A stretch of 64,000 nt of DNA from Isurus oxyrinchus (taxonomy: Eukaryota). The notes beneath the pieces were generated by a model. It was given only the letters and a program-made list of their open reading frames with translations, had not been told where the DNA came from and ran no database searches. The DNA lies in assembly GCA_026770705.1 (NCBI GenBank), contig JANJGN010000013.1, positions 57,474,001-57,538,000 on the forward strand, read 5' to 3'. The translations under genes were made by a program, and so were the position numbers. Each line of letters opens with the position of its first letter. Position 1 is the first letter of the stretch. This document shows, in pieces, positions 61,537 through 64,000 of this stretch.

Positions 61537-64000
61537 AAAGCAAAAACAGAATTACTTGGAAAAACTCAGCAGGTCTGGCAGCATCAGCGGAGAAGAAAAG
61601 AGTTGACGTTTCGAGTCCTCATGACCCTTCAACAGAACTAGGTGAATCCAAGGAAGGGGTGAAATATAAGCTGGTTTACAGTGTGTGTGTGTGTGTTGAG
61701 GGTGCCGGGGGGTGCGGGGTTTGGTGGGGGGAGAGAAGTGGAGGGGGGGGTGTGGTTGTAGGGACAAGCAAGCAGTAATAGAAGCAGATCATTAAAAGAT
61801 GTCACAGACAACAGAACAAAAGAACAAAAAAAATAAAAACAAAAAAACTGCGGATGCTGGAAATCCAAAACAAAAACAGAATTACCTGGAAAAGCTCAGC
61901 AGGTCTGGCAGCATCGGCGGAGAAGAAAAGAGTTGACATTTCGAGTCCTCATGACCCTTCAACAGAACTGAGTTCTCTTTTTGAATTCTGTTGAAGGGTC
62001 ATGAGGACTCAAAGCGTCAACTCTTTTCTTCTCTGCCGATGCTGCCAGACCTGCTGAGTTTTTCCAGAACAAAAGAACACATAGGTGTCGAAGTTGGTGA
62101 TATATATCTAAACGAATGTGCTAATTAAGAATGGATGGTTGGGGAATTAAGGTATAGCTCTAGTGGGGGTGAGGGGAGCATAAAAGATTTAAAAATATTT
62201 TAAAATAATGGAAATAGGTGGGAAAAGAAAAATCTATGAAATTTATTGGAAAAAACAAAAGGAAGGGGGAAGAAACAGAAAGAGGGTGGGGATGGAGGAG
62301 GGAGCTCACGACCTAAAGTTGTTGAATTCAATATTCAGTCCAGAAGGCTGTAAGGTGCCTAGTCGGAAGATGAGGTGTTGTTCCTCCAGTTTGCGTTGGA
62401 CTTCACTGGAACAATGCAGCAAGCTAAGGACAGACATGTGGGCAAGAGAGCAGGGTGGAGTGTTAAAATGGCAAGCGACAGGGAGATGTGGATCATTCTT
62501 GCGGACAGACCGCAGGTGTTCTGCAAAGCGGTCGCCCAGGTTACGTTTGGTCTCTCCAATGTAGAGGAGACCGCATTGGGAGCAACAAATACAGTAGACT
62601 AAGTTGGGGGAAATGCAAGTGAAATGCTGCTTCACTTGAAAGGAGTGTTTGGGCCCTTGGACAGTGAGGAGAGAGGAAGTGAAGGGGCAGGTGTTACATC
62701 TTTTGCGTGGGCATGGGGTGGTGCCATAGGTGGGGGTTGAGGAGTAGAGGGTGATGGAGGACTGGACCAGGGTGTCCCGGAGGGAGCGATCCCTATGGAA
62801 TGCCGACAGTGAGGGTGAATTTATTTATTAATTTTGCTTCCAATCTCCACCCCTCCATCATTTTCACGTGGTCCATCTCTGACACTTCCCTTCCCTTCCT
62901 TGACCTTTCTGACTCAATCTCTGGTGATAGACTGTCCACCAATATCCATTACAAGCCTACTGACTCCCACAGCTACCTTGTCTACAGCTCCTCACACCCC
63001 GCTTCCTGTAAGGACTCCATCCCATTCTCTCAGTTCCTCCGCCCCCGTCGCATCTGTTCCGATGATGCTATCTTCAAAAACAGTTCCTCTGACATATCCT
63101 CCTTCTTCCTTAACCGAGGTTTTCCACCCACGGTCGTTGACAGGGTCCTCAACCGTGTCCGGCCCATCTCCTGCGCATCCGCCCTCACGCCTTCTCCTCC
63201 CTCCCAGAAACATGATAGGGTCCCCCTTGTCCTCACTTATCACCCCACCAGCCTCCGCATTCAAAGGATCATCCTCCACCATTTCCACCAACTCCAGCAT
63301 GATGCCACCACCAAACACATTTTCTCTTGACCCCCCGTCGGCATTCCATAGGGATCATTCCCTCCGGGACACCCTGGTCCACTCCTCCATCACCCCCTAC
63401 TCCTCAATCCCCACCTATGACACAACCCCATGCCCACACAAAAGATGCAATACCTGCCCCTTCACTTCCTCTCTCCTCACCATCCAAGGGCCCAAACACT
63501 CCTTTCAAGTGAAGCAGCATTTCACTTGCATTTCCCCCAACTTAGTCTACTGTATTCGTTGCTCCCAATATGGTCTCCTCTACATTGGTGAGACCAAACG
63601 TAACCTGGGTGACCGCTTTGCAGAACATCTGCGGTCTGTCCGCAAGAATGACCCAAATCTCCCTATCGCTTGCCATTTTAACACTCCACCCTGCTCTCTT
63701 GCCCACATGTCTGTCCTTAGCTTGCTGCATTGTTCCAGTGAAGTCCAACGCAAACTGGAGGAACAACACCTCATCTTCCGACTAGGCACTTTACAGCCTT
63801 CCGGACTGAATATTGAATTCAACAACTTTAGGTCCTCCATCCCCACCGCCTTTCTCTTTCTTCCCCCTTCCTTTTGTTTTTTCCAATAAATTATATAGAT
63901 TTTTCTTTTCCCACCTATTTCCATTATTTTAAAATATTTTTAAATCTTTTATGCTCCCCTCACCCCCACTAGAGCTATACCTTAATTCCCCAACCATCCA
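61537..64000. mobile_element. Penelope-like element with an inversion: minus arm 61537-62818, plus arm 62819 to window end
   Basis: GIY-YIG ORF 62306..62635 (-) mirrors ORF 62834..63889 (+). RT ORF 62800..63330. Confidence 0.92.
61827..62064. mobile_element. Palindromic Penelope mini-element nested in a Penelope terminus
   Basis: Inverted arms. 15-bp TSD cagaacaaaagaaca at 61812-61826 and 62065-62079. Confidence 0.85.

Overview
Vertebrate genomic DNA, inferred to be from a cartilaginous fish because of its CR1, Penelope, Harbinger and SINE repertoire. Most of the window is nested, degenerate transposable elements: CR1 and related LINEs, L2, Tx1, Penelope-like elements, a Harbinger remnant with MITEs, two solo LTRs and tRNA-derived SINEs. 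Most ORFs in the supplied track are fragments of these. One intact host gene can be rebuilt by hand on the minus strand from four frame-compatible GT-AG exons (55333-54916, 52304-52188, 49789-49740, 48542-48387). It encodes a 246-aa type I membrane receptor with a signal peptide and a germline-joined VJ-type Ig domain resembling the CD28/CTLA4/PD-1/NKp30 group, a neutral transmembrane helix, and a tail with an ITSM (TIYATV) and a second Tyr motif. About 27-30 kb further downstream on the same strand lies a weaker candidate pair of exons (Arg-containing TM plus a short tail) that is frame-compatible with the same V exon. The Penelope termini carry minimal hammerhead-ribozyme-like motifs and occur as short palindromic mini-insertions with long target-site duplications (TSDs), two of them in the receptor's intron 2. 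TE boundaries are approximate unless a TSD is quoted.
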